This document shows positions 36,225 to 45,063 of a DNA stretch of 64,000 nucleotides, in pieces (position 1 is the stretch's first letter; each line of letters starts with the position of its first letter). The notes under the pieces were generated by a model, which had not been told where the DNA came from, made no database searches, and saw only the letters and a list, made by a program, of their open reading frames with translations. The position numbers were made by a program, and so were the translations under genes. Location: sequence record OP380601.1; one strand, written 5' to 3'.

Positions 36225-36445
36225 TGGTTATCGATTTTCGTGAGTTTAGCGACTTAACCCCAACAGAACCGGGATATTATCTATGGAATCCATCATATAC
36301 TGATGTAACTATGATCCACGTTTACCGATATCCAGCTAAAGATGAATATGGTATCCATTGGGAATCATATCTAGGTGTTCCTATGATGGGAGGTCGAAAC
36401 GTTGGCAATCTAAAAGGGTCTTTCCTTAAATTGGAGTTTGTTTAA
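36218..36445 (+). CDS. hypothetical protein
   Basis: GAGG SD. Confidence 0.7.
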   Translation: MLMVIDFREFSDLTPTEPGYYLWNPSYTDVTMIHVYRYPAKDEYGIHWESYLGVPMMGGRNVGNLKGSFLKLEFV

Positions 36446-36749
36446 TGCAATATATTTTGACAGAAGAAGAATATAAAGAACTTAAGAAAAACAAATTCTT
36501 GAACTTGACATTCAAAAGAATAAGCTACAGAAATTGTGTACAAAGATCGCAAATACCATGCCGGTTTTCTATTGGAATAATGAAGAAGCTTCTATTTGGG
36601 GATGTATTCATAACGAACAAATTGAACGTGAAGAGTATCTAGGTGAAGATGATGTTCCTAAAGGTGTTGAAATTCAATTAACCCCCGGTTATTGTGATCA
36701 GTGTCCGGTAATTGATATTTGCCCAAGTCATAAACGATGGAGTAAGTAA
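36445..36749 (+). pseudogene. frameshifted Cys-rich protein
   Basis: MQYILTEEEYKELK continues as EKQILELDIQKNKLQKLCTKIA..WGC..YCDQCP..CP only after a -1 shift near 36484-36492. Confidence 0.65.
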
Positions 36750-37462
36750 TGGCTAAACTATCAAAACAGCAAATGAAACTTCACAATCAGGCAATGGATC
36801 TGGTTCATAGTGATAAAGTTCTAACATGGGATGAACGGATGTTTATTCTTGAAAATTTTCAAGAGGGGTTCAACCAAGCCAATAGCTTGGCAGGTGCATT
36901 CTTTACTCCCCTCATGTTATCCCGCGATACTTGTATTGAAATCAATAGTAATCAGTCTGTAGTGGATTTGTGTGCTGGTATTGGTGGTCTTTCGTTCTGG
37001 CTAGATCGTGATAACGAGATTACATGTGTCGAACTCAACCCAAATTATATCGAGGTTGGTAAGCGTGTGAATCCGTATGCTAAATGGATCCAGATGGACG
37101 CATTAGAGTATTGTGAAACCACTACAGACCGATTTGTAAACGCACTTAGTAATCCACCTTTTGGAAATATCAAGACCTCGGATTATAAAGGTCTTTACAC
37201 CGGTTCAGATTTCGAGTATAAGATTATAGAGGCTGCTGGTAAAGTTGCTGAGTTCGGAGTTTTCATCATTCCTCAATCTAGTGCCCCATTCCGTCTTAGT
37301 GGTGTTAGGGAATATTATGATAAGATGGAAATAAAATGTAAAAAGTTTGTGGATCAAACTGGTATTGAGATGACACCGGGTTGTGGGGTAGATACCTCAA
37401 TGTATTTAAAACAGTGGCATGGTGTTAGTCCAATGTGTGAAATTGTTACAGTGGAGTATTAA
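36749..37462 (+). CDS. N6-adenine DNA methyltransferase
   Basis: GAFFTP (X), VVDLCAGIGG (I), CVELN (II), LSNPPF (IV). Confidence 0.85.
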   Translation: MAKLSKQQMKLHNQAMDLVHSDKVLTWDERMFILENFQEGFNQANSLAGAFFTPLMLSRDTCIEINSNQSVVDLCAGIGGLSFWLDRDNEITCVELNPNYIEVGKRVNPYAKWIQMDALEYCETTTDRFVNALSNPPFGNIKTSDYKGLYTGSDFEYKIIEAAGKVAEFGVFIIPQSSAPFRLSGVREYYDKMEIKCKKFVDQTGIEMTPGCGVDTSMYLKQWHGVSPMCEIVTVEY

Positions 37463-37464
37463 AA

Positions 37465-37644
37465 ATGAAAGAGTATGTAGTTATTAAAGAGGTTTCCGGT
37501 TATATTCGTGGCAATCAAACCCAAACAGTTTTAGCCAATTCAGAAGAGGAAGCGATTGAGATCGCAAGGGATCTTGGGGATTGGGGAGAATTGGATATCG
37601 TTCGGGATGACACAGAAACGCAAGATATCTGGTGTATGGGATAA
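37465..37644 (+). CDS. small protein, 59 aa
   Basis: GGAG SD; hand-translated. Confidence 0.65.
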   Translation: MKEYVVIKEVSGYIRGNQTQTVLANSEEEAIEIARDLGDWGELDIVRDDTETQDIWCMG

Positions 37645-37656
37645 GGTAAAAATCTT

Positions 37657-37830
37657 ATGTGGATTTTGATATTGACATTGAGTTTTCAATCAGGCGCTGC
37701 TATAGAAATGGAAAGATTTCTTAGCAAAAAGAATTGTGAAGATGCTGCAAGTTTGTGGACAAAACAAGTTTATAACACAATACACGAATATGATAAAAAG
37801 AAAGTAATCGCTTTGTGTGTTGAGAGGTAA
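37657..37830 (+). CDS. small secreted/membrane protein with two Cys, 57 aa
   Basis: MWILILTL..F..K.NCEDAA...ALCV. Confidence 0.6.
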   Translation: MWILILTLSFQSGAAIEMERFLSKKNCEDAASLWTKQVYNTIHEYDKKKVIALCVER

Positions 37831-37837
37831 TGGAACT

Positions 37838-38080
37838 ATGACAAATGAAATGGTACTTCGTGCCAAATACACAGAAACACAGAATGATCTTGCTGAGAAT
37901 CTATCTACCATCCGCAGTGTTGAAGCACTTTATCAAGAGTGTATTGTAGATTTGAAAGTCTCACGGGTTGGTATGAAATTTCTTTCTAGGATCAACGATC
38001 TATATGAACATCGTATGAACAACCTTGTTCCGGAAAATCGTAGGGCACATAGAAAACTTATGGTGGAATTGTTTAAATGA
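37838..38080 (+). CDS. hypothetical protein
   Basis: In-module ORF. Confidence 0.7.
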   Translation: MTNEMVLRAKYTETQNDLAENLSTIRSVEALYQECIVDLKVSRVGMKFLSRINDLYEHRMNNLVPENRRAHRKLMVELFK

Positions 38081-38358
38081 AACACACCTATCAAGTGGTT
38101 AGTGAAAAGACCGTAGAGATTACAGCTTTACAATTTGTAAAGAAATATCTTCGTCAAGTTAACGTGTGGAATGACGAATATGACTTCTATGTTGAAGACA
38201 CATTTGCGCGTGGGGATGGATTCTTGATTCGAAAATTTTCTCTACCTAAAAAGCTTTTCTCTATGGATATCACGAAGTTCAATCATGAAAATGACAGAAC
38301 TCAGGTTCTGATCCGACATATGGCTTCAGTCATTGAAGAAAATTATAAAAGTTATTGA
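38077..38358 (+). CDS. hypothetical protein
   Basis: Coupled. Confidence 0.7.
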   Translation: MKHTYQVVSEKTVEITALQFVKKYLRQVNVWNDEYDFYVEDTFARGDGFLIRKFSLPKKLFSMDITKFNHENDRTQVLIRHMASVIEENYKSY

Positions 38359-38383
38359 CCTATGTTTTTGGATATGAGATAGT
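38355..38383 (+). promoter_or_regulatory. early promoter
   Basis: TTGACC-17-GATAGT, ATCGAAAC leader. Confidence 0.8.
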
Positions 38384-38412
38384 GTCTATATCGAAACGCA
38401 GGAGATGACCCC

Positions 38413-38826
38413 ATGAAAAACGAAAAAGCTTTCACCAAGAACCAAATCGTAGTTATGTTCCGCCCTACTTACGGGGAAGGTTGTGGAGAAGGTACTTGGG
38501 GTTGGAGACGTGCTAGGGTAGTCTCTTGCGGTAAAGTAAAAATGACTGTAGAGACTCTTGATGGTGTGATGTTGGGGCGAAACTATGAGCCTACAAAAGA
38601 CACCCACGATCAATACGGTGATTTGAATCGTGTCATTTTTATGGATGATATGGAAGATGATGATATTGTTAGCAAAGCTCTTGATTTTGCTAACATAGAT
38701 ATCGAGTCTGCAAAAGAACGGTATAACTACCAAATAAAACATAGTACGAACGAATCTTACATCGAATCAACTAAAACTCTATTGAACCATTTGTTTACAA
38801 TTTCCGCCCGAGCGGTTTCCCTTTAA
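38413..38826 (+). CDS. hypothetical protein, SH3-like N-terminus
   Basis: AGGAG SD. Confidence 0.75.
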   Translation: MKNEKAFTKNQIVVMFRPTYGEGCGEGTWGWRRARVVSCGKVKMTVETLDGVMLGRNYEPTKDTHDQYGDLNRVIFMDDMEDDDIVSKALDFANIDIESAKERYNYQIKHSTNESYIESTKTLLNHLFTISARAVSL

Positions 38827-38837
38827 AAGGATAATTT

Positions 38838-39047
38838 ATGAAAATCAAATTTATTAACGAACAGGCCATCCAAGACTTTCTAAATTTTGGTTCGGAAACG
38901 GGGGAAATTGTACACAATAGCCTTATTGTTGAAATGTATAAACTTTCCCCGTTTGAGGTGGTCAAGCGTAATTGTTGTGGCTATAGTAACAAGTCTATTT
39001 ATATTGCAGATGAAGAGATGCAATTTTTTGAAATAATTGAGGAATGA
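38838..39047 (+). CDS. GoF-like domain protein
   Basis: MKIKFINEQAIQDF..HN..PFEV..DEEMQFFEII. Confidence 0.65.
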   Translation: MKIKFINEQAIQDFLNFGSETGEIVHNSLIVEMYKLSPFEVVKRNCCGYSNKSIYIADEEMQFFEIIEE

Positions 39048-39048
39048 A

Positions 39049-39279
39049 ATGAAAATTCAGTTTAAATCTGAGGAAGCAATGGAAGAGTTTCGAATGGCTT
39101 TGGGTGTTGACCAAAGTTCCAGAGATCACAATTCCAAATTCGTTCAAAAATACGGAATGTCTGTAATCGAAATCACACACACTGATGAATATTGGTGGGA
39201 TATTATTGATTCAAATGGCGGTCTTGAATATACAGTCGATATCGACTGTGAAGGACACCTTTTCAATATTATCAAATAA
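39049..39279 (+). CDS. GoF-like domain protein
   Basis: MKIQFKSEEAMEEF..HN..EGHLFNII. Confidence 0.65.
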   Translation: MKIQFKSEEAMEEFRMALGVDQSSRDHNSKFVQKYGMSVIEITHTDEYWWDIIDSNGGLEYTVDIDCEGHLFNIIK

Positions 39280-39285
39280 AAACAG

Positions 39286-39319
39286 TTGACGGAAATGATG
39301 GGATATGAGACTATATCCC
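39286..39319 (+). promoter_or_regulatory. early promoter with stem around -10
   Basis: TTGACG-17-GACTAT; GGGATA-TGAGACTA-TATCCC. Confidence 0.8.
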
Positions 39320-39345
39320 TATCGAAACAGAGAAGAGGTTTTACC

Positions 39346-39579
39346 ATGCAAGTTGATAACTATTTGGCTTTCCTTCATAATGTAAAAGGTTTCAATTTCA
39401 TTGATGCATCGAATGACGATTGTCTTCTTGTCCACCTTGATGGTGGAAAGGTAATGCGATTCGAAATGGTATATGATGAAGATTTCGAAATGGATCTGTT
39501 CATGTATTTCGACGTCGAAACCGATTGCGGTCTGGAAACATTTGATATTAATGACATTTTGACATTTGAGGTAGTATAA
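39346..39579 (+). CDS. hypothetical protein
   Basis: GAGG SD. Confidence 0.75.
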   Translation: MQVDNYLAFLHNVKGFNFIDASNDDCLLVHLDGGKVMRFEMVYDEDFEMDLFMYFDVETDCGLETFDINDILTFEVV

Positions 39580-39581
39580 AC

Positions 39582-39824
39582 ATGGTTTTCATTACTTCTT
39601 ATTATAGTAAATGTCTTGGAAAAACATCAATTAGCATTTCAGCACCAAAAAATAAAGGAAGGAGTCATCAAGTAAAAGATGACTTGGAAGAGATCCGGAA
39701 AGAAATGAACAAATTGGTTCCACTACATGATAGAACCGTAAACGGGGTAGATACGTTGGTTATTACATATTTCCCCCATATGGAAATCGAACATTATATG
39801 GTTTCCCCGAGTATTCAATTTTAA
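39582..39824 (+). CDS. hypothetical protein
   Basis: GAGG SD. Confidence 0.65.
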   Translation: MVFITSYYSKCLGKTSISISAPKNKGRSHQVKDDLEEIRKEMNKLVPLHDRTVNGVDTLVITYFPHMEIEHYMVSPSIQF

Positions 39825-39832
39825 GGTAATTT

Positions 39833-40141
39833 ATGATTGATTTTGATAATGTAGATGAATTTTATAGCCAAGAATATCAAAAAGGTATTGGTCATTATCG
39901 CAAATGTAAAGATGCTCTTAAAAATCTAAAAGGTCTATTTCCAAATATTAAATGGGTGTATGTTTTTACCCACAACTATGAATTAGAAAATCCGGATTAT
40001 TCAACGGTCGTAAACGGTTGTATTGATATTTGTTCTCGCGACTATATCATAGTAACTGAACAAGGTAAGGTGATCGGTCTTGGGACCAGCGAATGGGGCC
40101 ATCTTGAAGAAACTAACGCAGATAATTTTGAGGTAGTGTAA
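39833..40141 (+). CDS. hypothetical protein
   Basis: AAGG SD. Confidence 0.75.
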   Translation: MIDFDNVDEFYSQEYQKGIGHYRKCKDALKNLKGLFPNIKWVYVFTHNYELENPDYSTVVNGCIDICSRDYIIVTEQGKVIGLGTSEWGHLEETNADNFEVV

Positions 40142-40142
40142 T

Positions 40143-40502
40143 ATGGTTGATAAAGTAAAAGTAGAAAAGAATGCACATCTAGTTGATAAGTGGGTACTTA
40201 CAGAGTCAATATGTATAGGTGGGGTTGTTGCTGGTAGACCTCGGCTTGTTACTAAGGTATCAAATGACCGAGTATATATTTCCCGAAGACTACCAACTGC
40301 TAGAGATTCAGATAAGATTGGGGAACTTGAAGAAGATTCTTATGTAAATGTCAAGAAAATTAAATATGTTTTTGATTCTGAGGAAAAAGCTAACGAAGCG
40401 GCTGCTCAATGTAAAACTCTATGGGATAGTTGGTTCCACACACAGCGAGCGGATATGACAAATGAAAGTGTTCGTATCTTGAAGGAACTTAGCATTGGAT
40501 AA
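40143..40502 (+). CDS. hypothetical protein, SH3-like
   Basis: GAGG SD. Confidence 0.7.
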   Translation: MVDKVKVEKNAHLVDKWVLTESICIGGVVAGRPRLVTKVSNDRVYISRRLPTARDSDKIGELEEDSYVNVKKIKYVFDSEEKANEAAAQCKTLWDSWFHTQRADMTNESVRILKELSIG

Positions 40503-40579
40503 AGTATATACATATAAATTTTACGATCATCCAATAACACAACTATATCATATCCGGATAGCTGATTGTCATCCGAAAG

Positions 40580-40882
40580 GTGGATGGTATTGTTCAATTA
40601 ACATCAATCGAAAGTTTGGTTGGACGAATGCTTAATAGGTGGTATAATCATCACTACCTCAAAGGAAAGATGAAAACTGGGGTTTTTGGTAGATATGACC
40701 GCTGTGAATACAATGATAATGAAAGATTGAATATATCTATTGGTGAAGAAAATTATTATCGAAATCAAGAAATAAGTTTCGATAGTGTATGGGATTTCTA
40801 TGACCATATAGGGTATAATCATAAAGACAAAACTATGAAAACATTAGATAAACTAATCACCAATTGGAAAATTGAAAAATGA
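40580..40882 (+). CDS. hypothetical protein
   Basis: GTG start, 100 aa. Confidence 0.6.
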   Translation: MDGIVQLTSIESLVGRMLNRWYNHHYLKGKMKTGVFGRYDRCEYNDNERLNISIGEENYYRNQEISFDSVWDFYDHIGYNHKDKTMKTLDKLITNWKIEK

Positions 40883-41295
40883 ATATTAAAACTAGCTCTT
40901 GGCACTATCGTTTCGTGAATTCTTTCTTTGATAGCGTTCCACGCTCTCTATGTCCATATTTCTGGAAGGTTGTTTGGGGGTTGATGATCGTAACTGGTAT
41001 TATCTTACTGCTTCTTATGGCAAGCTTTAGTATCGGGGTATCAATTTTAGAATTCTTTGCTGTTAATATCGGTTTGATAGCAATGATTGCGTCTCCATTT
41101 GTTGGAATTCTTGCTATAGTAATCGTAATTGCGGTTATGGTATTTATTGCAATATCTTGGGAAATTATGAAAAGTAAACTCCGAAATAAGAAGTGGAGTA
41201 ATAAGAATCTACATGAAAAGAAACCGTCTTTGGTAGGTTCATATATCAAAGCTCGTAAAGAAAAAATCTGCCCAACATTGAATTTTGTTGATTAA
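40879..41295 (+). CDS. membrane protein
   Basis: Two long TM helices, basic tail. Confidence 0.8.
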   Translation: MNIKTSSWHYRFVNSFFDSVPRSLCPYFWKVVWGLMIVTGIILLLLMASFSIGVSILEFFAVNIGLIAMIASPFVGILAIVIVIAVMVFIAISWEIMKSKLRNKKWSNKNLHEKKPSLVGSYIKARKEKICPTLNFVD

Positions 41296-41300
41296 AAAAG

Positions 41301-41336
41301 TTGACTGAGTATCCCATTCGTGGGATACTCTTTTTG
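41301..41336 (+). terminator. UUCG terminator fused to early promoter
   Basis: TTGACT-17-GATACT; GAGTATCCCA-TTCG-TGGGATACTC+TTTTTG. Confidence 0.85.
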
Positions 41337-41356
41337 TCGAAACAACAGGATTTACT

Positions 41357-41521
41357 ATGATCGAAATCGTAAAGTGTTTTATTGTTATCATATTGGGAAT
41401 CGTATGTATTTGTATAGCTGAATGGTCTGGAAAAAAGGATGCATCGGGGGGTTTAACTGGTATTTCCGTTCTAGTATTGTTTACATTCATATGGATTTAT
41501 GTTATTTCATTGCTTAATTAA
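41357..41521 (+). CDS. small two-TM membrane protein, 54 aa
   Basis: AGGA SD; hand-translated. Confidence 0.65.
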   Translation: MIEIVKCFIVIILGIVCICIAEWSGKKDASGGLTGISVLVLFTFIWIYVISLLN

Positions 41522-41541
41522 TATAATTCGGAGAAAATATC

Positions 41542-41871
41542 ATGACTAATAATGAAATTTTGAATAATCAAGAGTTCGGCCAGATGATGACAGTTGTTGA
41601 GGCTTCATCTAAACTAAAGCAGCAACTGTCGGCTTTGGTGGGTCAACACGTTAGGGGTGTTACTAAACATCATCAAATCTTGTCTCTTGTTTACGGAACA
41701 GACCCAGACCTAGCATTTAAGTTTTCTGCTTCTCGTTATGTGCGGGTTAGTGGGACGATAGAACGTAACCGAAAATGTAGTATCGGGTACATAGCGCAAA
41801 TGGTATATGAAGAACTAGAAAATTATGAAAAATTCTTGAAGAAACCAGTTGCCATGGGTCAGATTTTTTGA
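41542..41871 (+). CDS. hypothetical protein
   Basis: GGAG SD. Confidence 0.75.
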   Translation: MTNNEILNNQEFGQMMTVVEASSKLKQQLSALVGQHVRGVTKHHQILSLVYGTDPDLAFKFSASRYVRVSGTIERNRKCSIGYIAQMVYEELENYEKFLKKPVAMGQIF

Positions 41872-41898
41872 GATACTAATCCCGTAGACATAAACCCA
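41849..41898 (+). promoter_or_regulatory. early promoter
   Basis: TTGCCA-17-GATACT; AATCCCGTAGACA leader as at 18002. Confidence 0.75.
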
Positions 41899-41913
41899 TA
41901 GGAGATTTGAATT

Positions 41914-42222
41914 ATGAGTAATATCACAGAGTCACTTCGTTCTATATTCGATTCTATCAAGATGTTGGAAGTTAAATTGAACAAAGATAAAGCAACAAAA
42001 GATACCTATCAGGATCTGATGCTTAATATTTCAGAATTTTATATCTCTCTTGGTTCTGGATATACTGAGATCCGAAAGCATATTGATTCAGCCTTGTGTG
42101 ATATCGAAAACTCTCTTAATGTTTTCGAACGAGACGATTATTATGAAAATGATCTTCGTGGAATCCATCTTGATATGGCTTGTGTTAATATTCGTGCTGC
42201 AATTTACTTTTCACATAAATAA
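41914..42222 (+). CDS. helical protein, paralogue of 45136
   Basis: Shared SLRxxxxxI and DxxxxNxRAA. Confidence 0.75.
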   Translation: MSNITESLRSIFDSIKMLEVKLNKDKATKDTYQDLMLNISEFYISLGSGYTEIRKHIDSALCDIENSLNVFERDDYYENDLRGIHLDMACVNIRAAIYFSHK

Positions 42223-42232
42223 GGAAATGACT

Positions 42233-42442
42233 ATGAAAATCCGTTTCAAATCTGAATGCGCTATGAAGAACTTTATGGCAAATGGTATGGACTCCGGCGA
42301 TTATAACCACAACAAAGCAATGGTAGAAACCTATCAATCTCTCCCATTCCATGTAGATGTGAAAGGCCATGGTTGGGAAAATGAAGAGTTTTATATTTCC
42401 CCTGACGAATACGATTTCTTTGAAATTATTAGTGAAAGTTAG
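42233..42442 (+). CDS. GoF-like domain protein
   Basis: MKIRFKSECAMKNF..HN..PFHV..DEYDFFEII. Confidence 0.65.
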   Translation: MKIRFKSECAMKNFMANGMDSGDYNHNKAMVETYQSLPFHVDVKGHGWENEEFYISPDEYDFFEIISES

Positions 42443-42471
42443 TTGACTACTAAACCAGATAATGCGATACT
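42443..42471 (+). promoter_or_regulatory. early promoter
   Basis: TTGACT-17-GATACT. Confidence 0.8.
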
Positions 42472-42514
42472 GTCCTTGTTGAAACGAAACCCCATTTTGA
42501 AAAAGGAAATTACC

Positions 42515-42736
42515 ATGACTAACGTACAAGTTTTCTTCTCTACCCGCGCCGCCGCTCGTCAAGCTTCTTTCGGTAAGATGACTGATAATGGTACTACTTC
42601 CGAAAAGCGTTGGGCTCGTACTGTAACGGCCACAAGTAACGGTAACAAAACACTGTCTATCGCTTCAGGTGTTCGTAAGAATGGTTACAAGGACGTTACC
42701 GTAATCACCAAGAAAACCAAAACTCTGGTTCATTGA
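42515..42736 (+). CDS. small basic protein, paralogue of 18076
   Basis: FFSTRAAARQASFGKMTDNG..KRWAR..ITKKTKTLVH. Confidence 0.85.
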   Translation: MTNVQVFFSTRAAARQASFGKMTDNGTTSEKRWARTVTATSNGNKTLSIASGVRKNGYKDVTVITKKTKTLVH

Positions 42737-42754
42737 AATCTAGGAAAACAATTA

Positions 42755-43117
42755 ATGAATAAAACATTGAAGTTTAACGGTATCATTTCAAAAGCCAATG
42801 GTAAATTGTTCTACGAACATGAAAATTGTCAGAGGTTGAAAGGGTTGGGATTCTCCATAGAATGGAACAATTACGATAGCGGTAACGTGTATAAAGTATC
42901 GATATCACATAAATCCGCAGACCGATACACAACTGATATTGGATTGGAATTAAGTCAAGAAATGTTTTCTGATTCTAATGCGATTGATTATAATGTATGC
43001 ACACACTCAGGAAAATCATTGACATCCTCTATCTTAGTGGTGGATAATCAGTTGGTAGAGGTAATGAAGTGTGGATGTTGCGGTATGGTATACGCAAACG
43101 AAATTTATATTAAATAA
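42755..43117 (+). CDS. hypothetical protein with C-terminal Cys cluster
   Basis: CTHSG...KCGCCG. Confidence 0.7.
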   Translation: MNKTLKFNGIISKANGKLFYEHENCQRLKGLGFSIEWNNYDSGNVYKVSISHKSADRYTTDIGLELSQEMFSDSNAIDYNVCTHSGKSLTSSILVVDNQLVEVMKCGCCGMVYANEIYIK

Positions 43118-43129
43118 AAGGAAATAATT

Positions 43130-43546
43130 ATGAGCGTAGTATCTTCAATTTTTGTTGACATTAGTAACCATAATATCAACATTATTGACATTGGTCATGT
43201 AGTTAATCGATTGGTACAACGAATTCATGCAAAACATACGAAAGGTTTTAGTGGTGGATTCTCGAAAGTATTATCTTATGATTTCGAGAGTTTCATGATT
43301 GTTTTTAATTCCAAATCTGGTTCTAGAAGTATGCATATGTGCTCGGTTTCTCAGAAAGAGGAAGTAGATGGTTTTATTTATGAAGGTGAAAAGGTTTATA
43401 TCTCCCTAGGTCATAACCCAGAAGGGATCGAAATCATGGAAATGATTGCTGGTAAACTGGTAGAAGAATTTAAAGATCTTCCTGTGTTCTTCAGAGAATC
43501 TGATTCAGATTTTCACGAAAATAACGAATGGGTAGAAATCAAATGA
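43130..43546 (+). CDS. hypothetical protein
   Basis: AAGGA SD. Confidence 0.8.
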   Translation: MSVVSSIFVDISNHNINIIDIGHVVNRLVQRIHAKHTKGFSGGFSKVLSYDFESFMIVFNSKSGSRSMHMCSVSQKEEVDGFIYEGEKVYISLGHNPEGIEIMEMIAGKLVEEFKDLPVFFRESDSDFHENNEWVEIK

Positions 43547-43917
43547 AAACTTTTGAAAAGTGGCCTAGTGCTGGTGTGGTAATGGGGCATATGGACCATA
43601 TGATGTGTCTGATTGGTTATTCTCCAAATAACGGAAAAGGATGGACTGGTTATTATGACGTTCGTGGTGTTCAACAAAAGGCAATGAAAAATATATCTTG
43701 GCAAGAAGCACGTAGCTTGTGTGTTAATATTTTTGATACGGTCAGTATGCCACAACATCTAGTTGTGAATGGTGTTAAGATTTCAGGTTATGGGATGATG
43801 GATCTTGATGTATATATCCGAAAACATATAAAAGAAGTTGACCTTATTCGTCAACTGGTATACCATAAGAAAGCTAAGAAGTTGTCTCTAATTGGTTATA
43901 ACGAAATTAACCTATAA
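43543..43917 (+). CDS. hypothetical protein
   Basis: Coupled. Confidence 0.75.
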   Translation: MKTFEKWPSAGVVMGHMDHMMCLIGYSPNNGKGWTGYYDVRGVQQKAMKNISWQEARSLCVNIFDTVSMPQHLVVNGVKISGYGMMDLDVYIRKHIKEVDLIRQLVYHKKAKKLSLIGYNEINL

Positions 43918-43928
43918 GGAATTATGAA

Positions 43929-44297
43929 ATGGTTTATCTAAGTGCGATGGTTGATGGTGAATATGTTGAATTGGGATATTTCACATGTACTCGCCCAAGC
44001 GATGCAATACAATACTGTATTGATTCAAATCTGGTCCCAACAACAGTAAAACATTTTGAAATTAAAGAAATTAATTCAAAAATGCTTCCTAATAACACAG
44101 ATAGAACTCTAGTCGGGGATGCTACCGTAATCGGTGAAGATCATTATAAAACATTCGATAATGGTTCCTACGAAATCACCAAAACAGTTAAACTGTCGAA
44201 TTCAATGACTTCTGAAGAAAATAACGCGATTAAAGCGTTTAAATCTCTCAGTAAGCAAGAACAAGATGCAGTTCGTAAGTTTATAGCGGGGGTATAA
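43929..44297 (+). CDS. hypothetical protein
   Basis: AAGGA SD. Confidence 0.75.
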   Translation: MVYLSAMVDGEYVELGYFTCTRPSDAIQYCIDSNLVPTTVKHFEIKEINSKMLPNNTDRTLVGDATVIGEDHYKTFDNGSYEITKTVKLSNSMTSEENNAIKAFKSLSKQEQDAVRKFIAGV

Positions 44298-44308
44298 ACC
44301 CCCTTCAT
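44288..44308 (+). terminator. weak terminator-like hairpin
   Basis: GGGGGT-ATAA-ACCCCC+TTCATT. Confidence 0.4.
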
Positions 44309-44326
44309 TATTGATGGAGAATTGTT

Positions 44327-44860
44327 ATGAAGATTGAATATTTTAATCACAATACATATCTAGGTGTTTGGCAAGTTAATATCGGAACTGATATTGAGCA
44401 ATTTCATTCTCGGATCAAAAAACCAGTTTCAGAATGTTGGGTTGATTACGAAGATGGTAAATTATATCACCACACTCCCGACTATGTGAAAACCGTATGG
44501 GAATTTGAACCAAACTCGGAAGTTGGTGATGATATTTATAAGGCGTTTGTTCGAGTCGAGAATGAGAAACATTTTACTAAAGTGTGGTTGACTTCCGAAC
44601 TTACCATTAGCATTCCCACTAACTTTCTAAAGAAAACAAAATATCCGACACATGAATTTTATGTGAAGGAGTACAAGAGATGGATTGGGTCCAATTATCC
44701 CAGTGATATGAAATCGGTTATCAGTTCTACTATTGAGATGCTTATATCTCGACATAGGAGACGCCATATGGAAGATATCCCACACAACCATAAAACTGTT
44801 GAATCTTTGTGTGATGCTATAAATTCTATCAATTTTACAATGGATGATATATTCCTATGA
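44327..44860 (+). CDS. hypothetical protein
   Basis: GGAG SD, 177 aa. Confidence 0.8.
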   Translation: MKIEYFNHNTYLGVWQVNIGTDIEQFHSRIKKPVSECWVDYEDGKLYHHTPDYVKTVWEFEPNSEVGDDIYKAFVRVENEKHFTKVWLTSELTISIPTNFLKKTKYPTHEFYVKEYKRWIGSNYPSDMKSVISSTIEMLISRHRRRHMEDIPHNHKTVESLCDAINSINFTMDDIFL

Positions 44861-45063
44861 GACACTTCTCTATAAACCAAGGAATTGAATTTTCCCCTAT
44901 GGATCTGGAAGATCAGGCATATCTTTTGGATAACGTTATGATGATGCTTGACATGATAGAATTTCAACTGGAATCAAATCCGGACCCAGTTTATAAGCAT
45001 TGGCATAGTCTATATAAGACTAGGTATGACGAAATTTGTAAAAAAGTTGAGTTGAAGCGTTGA
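44857..45063 (+). CDS. hypothetical protein
   Basis: Coupled. Confidence 0.7.
   Translation: MRHFSINQGIEFSPMDLEDQAYLLDNVMMMLDMIEFQLESNPDPVYKHWHSLYKTRYDEICKKVELKR

Noticed and set aside
36484-36492. Programmed -1 ribosomal frameshift
   Set aside because: G_AAA_AAC is not a full X_XXY_YYZ heptamer and no stimulatory structure was evident; a point deletion or read error is likelier.
808-37462. Complete restriction-modification systems
   Set aside because: No nuclease motif is recognisable next to either methyltransferase.
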